Numbered from the stretch's first letter, positions 20,103-32,712 are shown. The stretch is 64,000 bases of DNA from an uncultured Methanomicrobiaceae archaeon (GCA_963826525.1 CAWGXH010000004.1:1376001-1440000); one strand, 5' to 3'. Made by a program: numbers and translations. Notes: generated from the letters alone by a model not told the origin.

Positions 20103-21243
20103 AAGTCGAAGAGGGTTCTCTGCGTCTTCAGCTCCGGGACAAGCCTGCTCTCCGGAAGCCAGCGGGCATGTCCGAGGAGGCGGGAGGCGGCGGCAACCGC
20201 CTCGTCGAGGGTGGCGCAGGTGGCGATCTCGTTCTTCATGGCAGCCCGGGCAGCCTCCCTGACCACCCAGGTGCCGAGGGGCGCCCAGGTACTCGCTCGA
20301 GACGTTGCGGAGCACGATGACGCGTGCCGAACGCCGGATGCTCTCGAGATACTCCGTCACTGCCAGACGGGCGGAGTAGTAAGCGCCTGCGAGGGGCGAG
20401 TAACCTGCCTTTTTCAGCCCCTCGCCGTCGACCGCTATCGTCTCCGTTTCCCCAGACCAGAGGGACTGGCGCCCCCAGATCTCGATCATCTCGTACTTCC
20501 AGTCGCCCGGAGCGAGGATGCAGACGATATGGTTCCCGTAGAGCGCGCCGTCGAAGAGCCGGTAGCCCTCGATCGACGGGTAACGGCCGGTATTCTTCTT
20601 GAGCCTGGTTCGAGACCATGTCGTCGACCGCCGTGATCGCCCAGCGGGTGGGGACGATGCGGCGCTTCTTCCCGAGGAGGCCGGTCGTGAGGATCTCCGT
20701 GATGCGGTAGACGTCGATCGACGACTCGTGGAGAAGGCTGCAGGCGTCCACCGCTCCGAGGTCGGTGTCGGAGGTGATCTTGTCCACCGCCCGCTCGACC
20801 CGGGCGTTGTCGATGACGTCCATCTTCCTGATGGCGCCGGAGAGGCCGACCGGCGCGACCGTGCCGTCGAACCTGACGTCGACCGCGACGGGCTTTGTAA
20901 ACCGCACCTCGACGTCGAGCGGTCTGCTCGAGAGCGCGATCTCCTGCATGTTGTCGACGACCCGCGCTACCGCGGAGGTCCCGCGGATTGTCCGGGCTCG
21001 CAGTCCGACGATATCGTCGATCGAGAGGCCGCGGTCGACCCATGTCGGGGGTGTGTCGGGGTCGTTGATCAGAAGCGGCCCGCCGCTGACGTTCGGGTAG
21101 CCGTAGCTTCCGACGAAGACCGACGGTGCACCGCCCATGTAGTGGTCGGAGGGTTTCATGGTGAGCTGGGCGTGGAACCGGCTGATGACCGGGCAGCGTT
21201 CGAGCCCGCAGAGTCCCTTCCCCTTGCACTCAGCGCACCGCAT
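20099..21243 (-). CDS. nreA: Nre-family DNA repair protein (2 frameshifts)
   Basis: [47 protein letters not shown]-terminal PIP-like QRTLFDF. Confidence 0.85.
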
Positions 21244-22307
21244 CAGTATTTCCCCGCCGATCGACGGCGACCCGAACCCGTCCGCCGAGACGCTTGAGCG
21301 TCCCTGCGACCCAGTCCTCCCAGGATACAGGCTCCTGACTCGAGCGATGCGGCGATCTCGCACCCGAGATCGTCGTCGCGCTCCCCGACTGCCTCGACCA
21401 CGACCGAGCCGGGCGCATACCCTGCCGTAATGATGTCGTCGGCGTCGCCGTCGATGACGCCGAAGACGGGGATGCCGTAGTGGACGCAGATATGCCCACA
21501 GACGGCGGTGGTGTCGTCGCCGATGCAGAGGACGCCGGATACGCCCTCCTCTATCTCGCGGTAGAGCGTATGGCCGGCGTGATCGATCACCGCGATCCGT
21601 CCGGTCTCGCGAGCCCGTCCGGCATGCCGGGGTGCCACCGACCGAACAGGGCCGCTCTTGCACCAGGCGGCGGCAAGATCAGGGGCTCCTCCCCGGAGCA
21701 GCTTCTCGACGCCGTGCTGCTTGAGGTCGATTCCTGCGACCGCTTCGATGGTTCCGGCTCCTGCTGCCAGCACCACCGTATCCGCGGTCGCCGTTCCGAT
21801 CACGATTCCGTCGACGAAGACTGCTTCACCCGGGATGCATCCCCGGATGGTTCGGCCGGTCACTCCGGTCGCGGCACGCCCTTCCGCCTCCACGACCGGA
21901 AACCCGGTCAGGCCGGCGAGGTCTCCGGCAAGCCTGCGGTCGCCTTCGTTCCAGACGAAGATCATCCTGCTCGAGCACTCGAGGTGCACGAGGCCGCGTC
22001 CCTCTGGCAGGCGACCTGCCACAATCTCGCCGAATATCCGGCCGGACGCCGGCGTCTTCCCGCGGTTGACGAGGAACGCCCGCCCGCTCCCGGCAGCGAG
22101 CACGACGCTCGGCCGCATATCGGTGCAGCGGACGGGGAGACCCGAGGCCTCCGCCGCACACCGTCCCATCACCCCGGCGACAAGTATCTCCCGTGGCCGT
22201 ATCCGGTCGGCGAGCCGTCCGGCGTCGCCGCTGTCGAAAGCCTCCGGGCCATGCACTACCATGACGGCGTCCGATGCCGGTGTCCCTTCGGTCTTCTGCC
22301 GGTTCAT
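21230..22307 (-). CDS. DUF2117-family protein (frameshift near 21335)
   Basis: VVHGPEAFDSG, NRGKT..SGRIFG, PGEAVFVDGIVIG, IGDDTT, GVIDGD. Confidence 0.75.
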
Positions 22308-22318
22308 TCCGGGCAGCG

Positions 22319-23008
22319 TCACCGTCCTGAGGTGTCGGGCCTCGGGAGATAGGGCACCAGTGCGGCGGCGAGTTTCGCGAGGTCCATCGACTGCAGGATG
22401 ACCTTCCCGGGGCCGGTCAGCGTGGTCAAGAACAGCCCTTCTCCACCGAAGAGGACGGTCGACACGCCGCCGGCCATGGCGATGCTGTAATCGACGGTCT
22501 TCTCGAACCCCACGACGAGCCCGGTCTCCACCTTCACGACCTCGCCCGGGGCGAGCGTCATCTCGATGATATCGCCGCAGCAGTGGAGAAACGCCGACCC
22601 CGTCCCGGAGAGGCGCTGGAGAACGAACCCTTCGCCGCCGAAGAATCCCGATCGAAGTTTCTTGGTGAACGCGATATCGAGATCGATCCCGTGCTCCGCG
22701 CAGAGGAAGGCGTCTTTCTGGGCGATGAACTCCCCCTCCTTCAGGTCGACCGGGAAGATCTTGCCGGGAATATTGCCGGCGAAGGAGACGAAGCCTTCGC
22801 CGCCCTGCGGGGTGAACTCGGTCATGAAGAGGCTCTCGCCGCTGACCATGCGTTTCAGCCCCTTGAAGAGTCCGCCCTTCATGTTGGTCGTAAGCTGCAT
22901 GTTCCCGCTCATATTGACCATGGCGCCCGCCTCGGCGTAGATGCTCTCGGCCGCTCCGAGGTGAAGCGTGACCATCTGGAGATTGTCTCCCGTTATCTCG
23001 TAGCGCAT
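22319..23008 (-). CDS. TIGR00266/AIM24-family protein
   Basis: AEAGAMV, SGESLF, GFFGGEG, LFGGEGLF..L.GPG.V.LQS. Confidence 0.9.
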   Translation of the reverse strand: MRYEITGDNLQMVTLHLGAAESIYAEAGAMVNMSGNMQLTTNMKGGLFKGLKRMVSGESLFMTEFTPQGGEGFVSFAGNIPGKIFPVDLKEGEFIAQKDAFLCAEHGIDLDIAFTKKLRSGFFGGEGFVLQRLSGTGSAFLHCCGDIIEMTLAPGEVVKVETGLVVGFEKTVDYSIAMAGGVSTVLFGGEGLFLTTLTGPGKVILQSMDLAKLAAALVPYLPRPDTSGR

Positions 23009-23195
23009 AGTATATCCTCTGGTATCTGTTCGCTATAATTGGTTTCCCCCGGCGATAATTCCGACGGATTGGCCGGAATGGCCGGAATCCTGCTCCGAGG
23101 CCCATCGATCGCCGTTTTCCCGATATACCACCTCCGTTCGAAAAAGGCAGATTTATAACGGCCCGAATGAATAGCCGGCCGTTCTCAACCTTTAA

Positions 23196-23520
23196 ATGGG
23201 TGAACGGGAGTATACCTCGCTGGTGAAATCGATTCTGCACGATCCCGATCCGCGGAGCGACCGGATAATCAGTACGTATATCACCGATAGCCGCTGTCCG
23301 GGAGATTCTCCGGAGGCAGGGATATCGCTGCGCCGCCTGCGGGACGGCGGTCGCGGCGGAAGGGACGCACTTCGATCATATCGTGCCCGTCATCTGGGGC
23401 GGGCGGCATACTGTCCAGAACATGCACGCTCTTTGCCCCCGCTGCCATCACCGGATGATGCGTCTTCAGCGGGAGTGGCTCGCCCGCCGGAGTGCCGGGC
23501 GCATCGCCGGAAAGGCATAA
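23196..23520 (+). CDS. HNH endonuclease (one-base insertion near 23283)
   Basis: Manual reading REILRRQGYRCAACG...HFDHIVPVIWGGRHTVQNMHALCPRCHH; removing one A joins it to ATG 23196. Confidence 0.8.
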
Positions 23521-23844
23521 GTACTTCAAAGCCTCACCGGTCACCAATGGCATGTGAAGAGCCCGATACGCCAACGCAGGAGTGGAACTCGATGACCATG
23601 AGCCTGCTTGACGGTGCGATAGCCCTGGTGACCGACCCCTGCCGTCCCGGTGCCGCTATCCCTGAGTGCTGTTCGCCCCGGCGGTCGGCGACCATGCAGA
23701 TGCTCGACTCCCTGCTTACCCCCGGGACGGTTCCGAACACCGTCGGTTCGCTCGCGGTGACGATCCTCATCATGCCGCGGGTGCCGGTGCCGTTCCGGCT
23801 GACCGCGACGGCGGCGGGTATGGCGTCCGGGATTGCGTCGAGTC

Positions 23845-25729
23845 TTATCCTCCGGCGGTAGGGTTTGTCAGCCGCCGCTCTATTCGTCTCTTCTTCCTGG
23901 CCGGGATGCCGTGCTGCTGCCGGTTCCGTCCGACGAGGCACGTCCAGCCGCTGCCGATGAGGTCATCCCGCCCGACCGAGCGGAGCCCTTCGCAGACGAG
24001 ACCGTAGTTCTCCGGGTCGCGGTACTGCAGGAGGGCTCGCTGAACCTGCTTCTCCCGCCCCTTCGGGACGTGGACGGGCTGCAGCGTGAAGGGATCGAGC
24101 CCCGTATGGTACATCGCGGTGGAGAGGCTCATCGGCGTCGGGGTGAAGTCCTGCACCTGCTCGGTGTAGAGGTTGGTCGTCCCGGATGTACTCGGCGAGC
24201 TCCACCATATCGGTGACGCTGCAGCCCGGGTGACCGGAGATGAAGTAGGGCACGAGGTACTGCCGCTTCTGTTTTCCCGCCTGCCGACTCTCAAAGCGTT
24301 CTCCGGAATGACTCGAAGACTTCCTTCGGCGGTTTCTGCATCAGTTCCGTCACCCCCTCTGCGACGTGCTCGGGTGCGACTTTCAGGTGGCCGGAGATGT
24401 GGTACTCGGAGAGTTCGTCGAGGAACGTATCGTCCAGAGGCGGGAGGAGGTCGTAGCGGATGCCCGACCCGATGAAGACCCGCTTTACCCCGGGGATCTC
24501 GCGGACACGCCTGAGCAGGTCCCGGTACCGGGCAGCGTCGGTTGCAAGCGTCGGGCAGGACGATTCGCAGCGGCGGCCTTCGCATGCTCCCTGCTCCTCC
24601 CAGCGGCTGCAGGCCATCCCGTACATATTGGCGGTGGGTCCCCCGACGTCCTGCACGATCCCCTTAAAGCCCCGCATCTTCGTCATCCGTTCGACCTCGC
24701 GGACGACGGACTCGACACTCCTGCTCTGGACGATCCTGCCCTGGTGATGGGTGAGGGCACAGAACGAGCAGGAGCCGAAACATCCGCGGTGACTGGTCAC
24801 CGACCATCTGACCGGTTCGAGTGCCGGCACGGGTTCGGTGTAGGAGGGGTGTGCCTCCCGGGTATACGGGAGCTCGTAGATATGGTCGAGTTCCTCCGTG
24901 GTGAGCGGCAGTGCCGGCGGGTTCTGGATGACCACGGTCTTCGGGTGCGGCTGTGCGACCGGCCGGCCGCGGACTGGGTCCTGCTCCCGGTAGTGGGCGG
25001 CGAACGCCCGTGCATAGGCGTACCTGTCCTCTTTCACCTCCGTGTATCCCGGCAGGACGACGAACGGCTCGTGGTCGGTCTCCCGCCACGCCCGGACCTC
25101 CGTCCGGTAGGCGGTGCCGCGGATGTCCGTGAGGCTCGGAGATTGCCTCTCCGGCACGAAGGCGGCGGGCGATCTCCGTTACCTGCCGCTCGCCCATCCC
25201 GTAGACGAGGAGGTCTGCGGGAGCGTCGGCGAGGATCGCCTGCCGGACGGAGTCGGACCAGTAGTCGTAGTGGGCGAACCGGCGGAGGCTCGCCTCGATA
25301 CCGCCGATAACGATCGGGGTCTTCGGGAAGAGGGCGTGGAGCCGGTTGGTATAGACGATCGTCGCCCGGTCGGGCCGCCGCGGCTTCCCGCCCGGCGAGT
25401 AGACGTCGCCGCTCCGCCGTTTCAGGTTCGGGGTGAAATGGTTCACCATCGAGTCGACGTTCCCGGCCGAGACGGCGAAGAAGAGGCGGGGTCTCCCGAG
25501 CCTCGAAAAGTCGCTCTCCCCGGTCCAGTCGGGCTGCGCGATGATCCCGACCGAGTAGCCGGCGTCTTTTAGCACTCTCGCCGAGGAGTGCGGCTCCGAA
25601 CGAGGGGTGATCGACGTAGGCGTCTCCGGAGACGATGATGACGTCGAACTCATCGATACCGGGTGCGCCTCGCTCCTTCACCGACATGGGAAGGTGGCGC
25701 GGCTGAACATTGCTGGAAGCGGTCGTCAC
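23845..25729 (-). CDS. YgiQ-family radical SAM protein (at least 4 frameshifts)
   Basis: [75 protein letters not shown] across frames. Confidence 0.85.
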
Positions 25730-26211
25730 CGCTGCTCTGCTCCGGGCTCTTTTGGCATCTCCGGTTCGAGTGTCCGCTCGAAGACCGGCAGGGAAACCCC
25801 GGTCTTCTCGTCATGGAGCCGTATCGCCTGTATGCCGATGAACTCGGTGAGGATCGCCTCCACCACCAGGTATACCTCGGCCTTGTTCCGAAGACACCCG
25901 GTCAGCGACGTCATGCCTTTCCCGGCAGCCGCATGGAGGTGGATTGAAGGCCCTTCCGACCCCGGGTAGACGGTTCCGAACCCGAGGAGTTCCCACCCGC
26001 CGTAGATATTCTCATGGTGCGGCACCGGTGGAATGACCGGCTCTTTCGGCCCCGTGACGAGCTGCCCTTCCCGGAGTGCACCGAGGATCTGGATAGTCCC
26101 TGTCTGCACGTCCACCGCCCGGACGAAGCGCCGGAGCTCGGTGAGCAGTTCCTCTCCGTCGTCGAACCGGATTGTAAAGACCCTGCCTATACGGCCCTGC
26201 GAGTACTGCAT
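25726..26211 (-). CDS. DUF296/PPC-domain protein
   Basis: [27 protein letters not shown]....GCL. Confidence 0.85.
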   Translation of the reverse strand: MQYSQGRIGRVFTIRFDDGEELLTELRRFVRAVDVQTGTIQILGALREGQLVTGPKEPVIPPVPHHENIYGGWELLGFGTVYPGSEGPSIHLHAAAGKGMTSLTGCLRNKAEVYLVVEAILTEFIGIQAIRLHDEKTGVSLPVFERTLEPEMPKEPGAEQR

Positions 26212-26323
26212 ACGAATCGTCCTTATCGCTGTTAGATGAACGCTCTGTGGTATTAACATTCGTGGCTCCCCGGCAGCGCACCCGGGATCACCTTCATTAC
26301 CTCCCGTGCAGATCCGTGATGAT

Positions 26324-27521
26324 ATGCCTGCCGGAGGAGCCGTGCCCGGGACAGCACGGATCGGGGAGCTTGAATACCTGCGGGGGTTTGCGATACTGGC
26401 GGTCGTCGCCGTCCACGTCTCGGTCTTCTTCACGGAAGCGGCACGGTTCGATACCCTTGCGGCCGTGAACCTCGCCGTCTATATCGGCACACACTTTGCG
26501 GTTCCGCTCTTCCTCTTCGTATCCGGTGTTGCCCTCACCTACCGGTACTCGGGTCGCTACCCGCTTCGGCTCTTCTACCGGAGACGGTTTCTGACTATCG
26601 GGCCGCCCTACCTCCTCTTCTCCGGCCTCTACCTGCTCCTGCCGGCGGCGGGTCTCCTCTTCCTCACCGGCGCGACAGGCCTGCCCTCTTCGGATGCGGC
26701 CGTGACCGCTTTTCTCACCGGCACGGCGCACTACCACCTCTGGTTCTTCATCCTGATAGCCCAGTTCTACCTGCTCTTCCCGCTCATCATGCGGGGATAT
26801 GCCGCCGCTGAGCGTTCTGGAGCGGTGCCTTTCCTGCTTCTTACGCTGCTCTTTTTCCAGGTCCTCTGGAATGTCGGCGCACACATTATCGGGGCGTATG
26901 CCGGGACGGTCTGGTACTCGGTGCTGATACGGGTCTTTATCTCGCACCTCTTCTGGTTCGTCCTCGGCATAGCGGCGCTCCGGAACTACGACCGGTTCAC
27001 GAGCATCAAAAGCGCCCTTTCCTGGAAGGTGATGCTCGGCGTCGCCGTCGCCGTGACGGTTCTGCTCACCGCGAATGTGGTCGATCGGCATTGCCGAGTC
27101 AGGGAGTTTCAACGCCGTTTCACTGGCATACTTCTGTATCTATCGGATAGCAGAGCCGGTCATATACCTGCCGCTCTTTCTCGTTCTCTTCATCGCGGCG
27201 GAACGCCTGGCCGCCTCGGCATCCCGGAGTTCGGTCGCCCTCCGCAGCATCGGTGAACACTCTTACGGCATCTATCTCATCCATCCGCTCGTCATCGCGA
27301 TACTGCTCGGCGTCCTCGCAGAACTGAGCCTCGGCTCCTCCTCGTGGCTCTTCTACCCGCTACTTTTCGCCGCGACGGTTGCGATCACGTACGGCCTCGT
27401 GCGGGTGCTCGATCTCGTGCCGGGGAGCGGTCTCGCTCTCGGGGTGCGGCGAAGCGATCCGGCGGCCGCTGTGGCCGAAAAAAGGCGTGGCTCCGCCGGC
27501 GGTTCACCGGAGGATCCCTGA
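26324..27521 (+). CDS. Acyltransferase-3 family membrane protein (frameshift near 27080)
   Basis: LEYLRGFAILAVVAVH, FAVPLFLFVSG, YHLWF....QFYLLFP, SYGIYLIHP. Confidence 0.85.
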
Positions 27522-27550
27522 ACCCTTCGCCCCCCGTCCCGGGGAGGGTT

Positions 27551-27881
27551 TTACATCGGTCGTGCCATCTGCGGTTTCACGTCCGAGACGTTGGCCGAGT
27601 ATACCTGATACGTCGTAACCTCGGGCGAAGACGCGATGTACTCCGTAAGCTCGCGGGAGGCCTCCCGGAAGAGTCCCTGCATGGAGGACCTCGCCGCCTC
27701 TTCATTCTCCCAGAGACTGATGAGCGGTCATGGTATCCGGGTTCTCCTGCGGCATCAGGAAGAGGTGCCCCATAAAGCCGTCTGTTTTCCGTGCGCTTGC
27801 CTTAATCCGTTCGATAGTGTCGAAGGCGCTCTCACGCCGGCCGCTCTTGAACTTCCATACTGACATTCGTGCAACTACCAT
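27551..27881 (-). CDS. ABM-like dimeric alpha/beta-barrel protein (one-base insertion near 27726)
   Basis: Manual reading MVVARMSVWKFKSG...DGFMG...LISLWENEEAARSS...PEVTTYQV; 331 nt = 330+1. Confidence 0.65.
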
Positions 27882-28550
27882 GGTGATCGTGACCCCTCAG
27901 GGAGGACCTGTGTATTATGCTTTGCGCTCCCCAAAAAGTGGGATATCCTGCCGAGCGGGTTTGTGAATATGGGCGCGCTCCCGCCCTCTTTTACCGACAA
28001 TCGGATGGGTCGGATGCCCCGATGTTTTCAGGGAACTGCAGGGAATTTGGTTAAGCAATCCTTAAATGCCAGCAATCCCGCTGGAATCCTCCGGAATTTC
28101 GACCCTCACAGAAGCCCACAGACGGCCGATCTCAAGGCGAGACAGGGTATCCATCCTCCAAAAATTACTGGGGCTCATATCGCTGATATACCTCGAGGAT
28201 TATGCTCTTTTTCGTCATCAACGCGATATACGCCAGCGAATACGTTTGCCGAGATCCGGCCTCTGAAAACCACGGTAAATCATCAATCCTGGCCGCAACC
28301 CTGCACGCTCCGCCTTCCGGCTCATATGCCGCGACCTCCGGAGGTACAGTGATTCTTCTGATGCGTGGCTTTCCACTAAAAACCCCCGAAAAAGGTAAAC
28401 CGACCCTCCCCACTACGAAATCTTCGCTGCTGCGTTCTGCAAGTTCCGTGAGGAGATCACAGTCCGGGTCGGGTTCGATGGTGATGAACTTCCCGTAGAC
28501 GTCGCCGCACGAACGATGCTTCTCAAGGAGAAAGAACAACAAAAGAAAGA

Positions 28551-28624
28551 TGGGCTCGCTGAGATTCGAACTCAGGACCTCCGCCATGTCAAGGCGACGT
28601 CATAACCAGCTAGACCACGAGCCC
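28551..28624 (-). tRNA. tRNA-Val(GAC)
   Basis: GGGCTCGTGGTCTAGCTGG...TTGACAT...GTTCGAATC...GAGCCCA cloverleaf. Confidence 0.97.
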
Positions 28625-28748
28625 GGTGTGCCTTGTGCTCTATACCGTTGATCTCCCGGATATAAAATAATTCGCTTTTGCAGTGTCGCGGGGAGAGACG
28701 CCGCCCGCCGGTACGGCCGAAAAAAAGGGGGAATTGAATGATGACTCT

Positions 28749-30333
28749 CTAGATCTCCGCGTGCTTCGCGGTGTGAATGCCGCCGACCGCGCGGACCTCG
28801 TCCATGGCGCTCGGGGGGAACGGCGCTGTCGACGGTCAGCACCATCAGTGCCTCCTCGCCGGGCTTGTTCCTGCCGACCTGCATCCCCGCGATGTTCACA
28901 TTCACCCGTCCGAGGATGGTGGCGACCTTGCCGATCACGCCGGGTTTGTCGGTGTGGCGCGAGATGACGACGTGGCCGGTCGGCGTCAGATCGGTCATGT
29001 ACCCGCCGATGCTCACGATACGCGGTTTGTTCTGGCCGGAGAGGTTCCCGCTCACCGACTCGGTCATCCGGTCGGTCTTCACGGTGATCGTAATGATATT
29101 CTTAAACCCGTAGGCCTCTTCGGTCGTGGTCTCGCTCAGGCGGATCCCGCGCTCTTTCGTCACGAACTCGGCGTTGACAATATTGATCGGCACCTGCAGG
29201 ATCGGGTCGAGCAGCCCCTTCAAGGCAGTGCGGGTGATGTACTTCGTCTTCGGTATCCGGGCGATCTCGCCGCCGTAGATGATCTCGACCGTCTCGACCG
29301 GCCCTTCGACGAGCTGGATTAAGAGCCTGCCCATCTTCTCTGCAAGCCGTGCATAGGGCTCGACGATCTCCGCCTGCTCCGGCGGCACCATCGGTGCGTT
29401 GACCACGTACTTGGCAGCGCCGCCTTCGAGGACGCTGATGCACTGTCTTGCCACCGAGATGGCCACGTTCTTCTGCGCCTCGACGGTGCTCGCACCGAGG
29501 TGCGGCGTGACGATGACCCGGTCGATCTCGAGGAGCGGCGACGCCGTCGGCGGCTCCTCCTCAAAGACGTCGAGTGCCGCACCGGCGACCTTGCCGCTCC
29601 TTACCGCATTGGCAAGGGCGGCCTCGTCGATGATCCCACCGCGTGCGCAGTTGATGATCCGCACACCGTCCTTCATGGTGGCGATGCTCTTTTCGTTGAT
29701 GACATGGCGCGTCTCCTTAATCAGCGGCGTGTGCACCGTGATCACGTCGGCCACCCGGAAGAGCTCGTCGAGCGGCAGCAGCTCGACACCGAGCTGTGCG
29801 GCACGCTCCTTGCTGATGAAGGGGTCGTAGGCGACGCACTTCATCTCGAGTGCACGTGCACGCTTCGCCACTTCCTGGCCGATGCGACCGAACCCGACGA
29901 TCCCGAGCGTCTTGTCGTTCAGTTCGACGCCCATGAACTTCGACCGCTTCCACTCCTTCTTCTTTAAGGATGCGTTCGCCTGGGGAATGTTCCTCGCGAG
30001 GGAGAGCATCATCGCCATGGTGTGCTCCGTCGCCGCGAGTGTGTTCCCTTCGGGCGCGTTCGCCACGATGATTCCCCTGCGCGTTGCCGCATCCATATCG
30101 ATATTATCGACGCCGGCACCTGCACGGCCGATGAACCTGATCTTCGCCCCCGCGTCGATGACGCGTGCCGTAACTTCCGTACCGGAGCGCACGAGAAGTG
30201 CATCGTATTCTCCGATCGTCTCAACGAGCTGATCCTCGCTCAGATCGGTTCTGACATCCACATCGCAAAATTCCCGTAGAATGTCGAGCCCTTCATCTGC
30301 CAGCGGATCGCTGACCAGCACTCTGTAGCTCAC
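28749..30333 (-). CDS. serA: D-3-phosphoglycerate dehydrogenase (frameshift in G/C run near 28815)
   Basis: RAGAGVDNID, GFGRIG, NCARGG, TPHLGAST, C-terminal ACT domain (DKPGVIG); corrected end VPPSAMDEVR...HAEI. Confidence 0.95.
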
Positions 30334-30428
30334 AGTAATAACCCATACTCAATCTGCATCATCGGTATTCATGCTTTTTCTTCCGAAATGTTTTAACCGA
30401 TGATGAGAAGTATATGTGTGGTGCGAGC

Positions 30429-32712
30429 ATGAAACAAATGCCCAATGTTCTGTGGCTCGAAGAGATAAAGAAGGAAGATATCGTCTCTGTAGGGGGAAAA
30501 GGAGCCTCCCTGGGCGAAATGACCTCCATAGGTCTCCCGGTGCCGACGGCATTTGTGGTGACTGCCCAAGCATTCCGCAGGTTTCTGATTGAGTCGGGAA
30601 TCGAAGAAACGCTCTTCAGAAGGCTCGACCGCCTCGATGTCGACGACACGGATGCTCTTGAGGCCGTGGCGCGCGATGCGCAGGATCTCGTCCTGAACGT
30701 CGGGATTCCGGAGCATATCCGGGATGACATCACCGGCGCGTACTCACGGATGGGTGAGGGCGGCATGGTCGTTGCCGTGCGGTCGAGCGCGACCGCTGAA
30801 GACCTGCCGGAAGCAAGTTTTGCGGGTCAGCAGGAGACATTTCTGAATATCAAGGGAGACGCCGATCTGCTCGAGGCTGTCCAGAAGTGCTGGGCATCTC
30901 TCTACGGAGAGCGGGCGATCTACTACCGTTCAAAGCAGGGATTCGACGACCGGTCGGTCAATATCGCGGTGGTCGTCCAGCAGCTCATCCCGTCCGAGAA
31001 GGCCGGCGTCCTCTTCACGTCGCATCCGGTCACCGGTGAACCCCTGACGATCATCGAAGGATCGTGGGGCCTTGGCGAGGCTGTGGTATCGGGCAGCGTC
31101 TCGCCCGACAAATACGTCTTTGACCTGCGCACGGAGCGTGTCGTCGACCGCCTGATCGCGGAGAAAGAGATCGCCATCCTCGCGGACGGCGGGAAGGGGA
31201 CGAAGATCGTCGACCTGACGCCGGAGCAGCGCGTTGCAGCGGTACTCTCCGACGACGAAGTGGCACGCCTCTCCATGCTCGGGAAGATCGCAGAAGACCA
31301 CTACGGTATCCCGCAGGATATCGAGTGGGCGATTGTGGATACTGAATTCTTCATCCTGCAGTCCCGCCCGATAACGACCATCAAGCGTTCCGAGATAGCG
31401 CTCCCCGGCAAAGAGGAAGGCGGCGAACTCGGGGCGGTTCTGCTCGAAGGGCAGGGTGCCTCTCCCGGCATCGGCAGCGGCAGAGTGGCCATCGTCCGCG
31501 ACATGAAGGATGCGAGAGCAGTCAAGGACGGCGACATCCTCGTCGCCAAGATGACCAACCCCGATATGGTTCCTGCGATGCGGCGGGTCCGGGCGATCAT
31601 CACCGATGAGGGCGGTATGACCTGTCACGCGGCGATCGTCAGCAGAAGAGCTTGGAACCCCGGCGGTCGTCGGGACGAAGAAGGCGACGAAGCTGCTCAA
31701 GGCCGGGCAGATGGTCACCGTCGACGGCGAGAAAGGCCTCATCTACGAAGGTGCTATCGAGACGGCGAAGAAAGAGGTCGCCGCAGCACCGGTTGCCGTT
31801 CAGGCTGCGCCGGTCATCACCGGCACCCTCGTCAAGGTGAACGTATCGCTCCCCGAGGCGGCGCAGCGTGCTGCCGCAACGGGTGCGGACGGTGTCGGCC
31901 TGCTCAGAATCGAACACCTGATCCTCGGCCTCCAGAAGACCCCCGGCTGGTATATCAACGAGGGGAAAGAGGAGGAGTTCATCCAGTCGCTCTACGACGG
32001 CATCAAGGTTGTTCTCGACGCTTTCCCCGGAAAACCTGTCTGGGTGCGGACACTCGATGCCCCTACCGACGAGTTCAGGAACATGGAGGGCGGTGAGGAA
32101 GAGCCTGTCGAGCACAACCCCATGCTCGGGTGGCGCGGCATCCGGCGTGACCTCAATAGCCCCGAGCAGTTCCGGATGCAGGTCGAATCCTTCAAGCGCC
32201 TCTGGTCTGCAGGGTACGACAATCTCGGCGTGATGTTCCCGCTCGTGAATCACCCCGACGAGTTCAGCCAGGCGAAGGCAATGATGAAGCGCTGGGGCGT
32301 CGACGTGGAGAATGTGACCCTCGGCATCATGGTCGAGATCCCGAGCAGCGCTATCCTGATCGAGGAGTTCATCGAGGCCGGGATTAAATTCGCCTCCTTC
32401 GGGACGAACGACCTCGTGCAGTACACCCTCGCCATCGACCGGAACAACGAGAACGTCGCCGATATGTACAAGCCGAAGCACCCTGCGGTGCTCCGCCTCA
32501 TCGACCAGGCTATCAAAGCATGCCGTGCGCACGACGTCGAGTGCTCCATCTGCGGTCAGGCAGGCTCCGACCCGTCGATGGCGACATGGCTCGTCGAGCA
32601 CGGCATCTCCAGCGTCTCCGCGAACATCGACGCGGTGCCCCGGATACGCGAGGCCGTAGCCCGGAAAGAGAAACAGATGATACTTGACCTGGCGAGACGA
32701 AACAATGCGTGA
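30429..32712 (+). CDS. ppsA: Phosphoenolpyruvate synthase (frameshift near 31646)
   Basis: VGGKGASLGE, AVRSSATAED, GGMTCHAAIVSRE phospho-His, NPMLGWRG, SFGTNDL, SICGQ. Confidence 0.95.

Noticed and set aside
21243-23240. 665-aa ORF suggesting a fusion of TIGR00266 and DUF2117
   Set aside because: The N-terminal half is an off-frame shadow of the TIGR00266 gene; DUF2117 starts near 22307
23548-23861. Small ORF MACEEPDTP... after the HNH gene
   Set aside because: Plausible but without motif support; not called
28600-28748. serA C-terminal extension overlapping tRNA-Val
   Set aside because: Caused by one extra base in a homopolymer; the corrected frame stops at 28749
31600-31720. Programmed frameshifting in ppsA and other split genes
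   Set aside because: No slippery heptamer or stimulatory structure, and too many unrelated genes are affected
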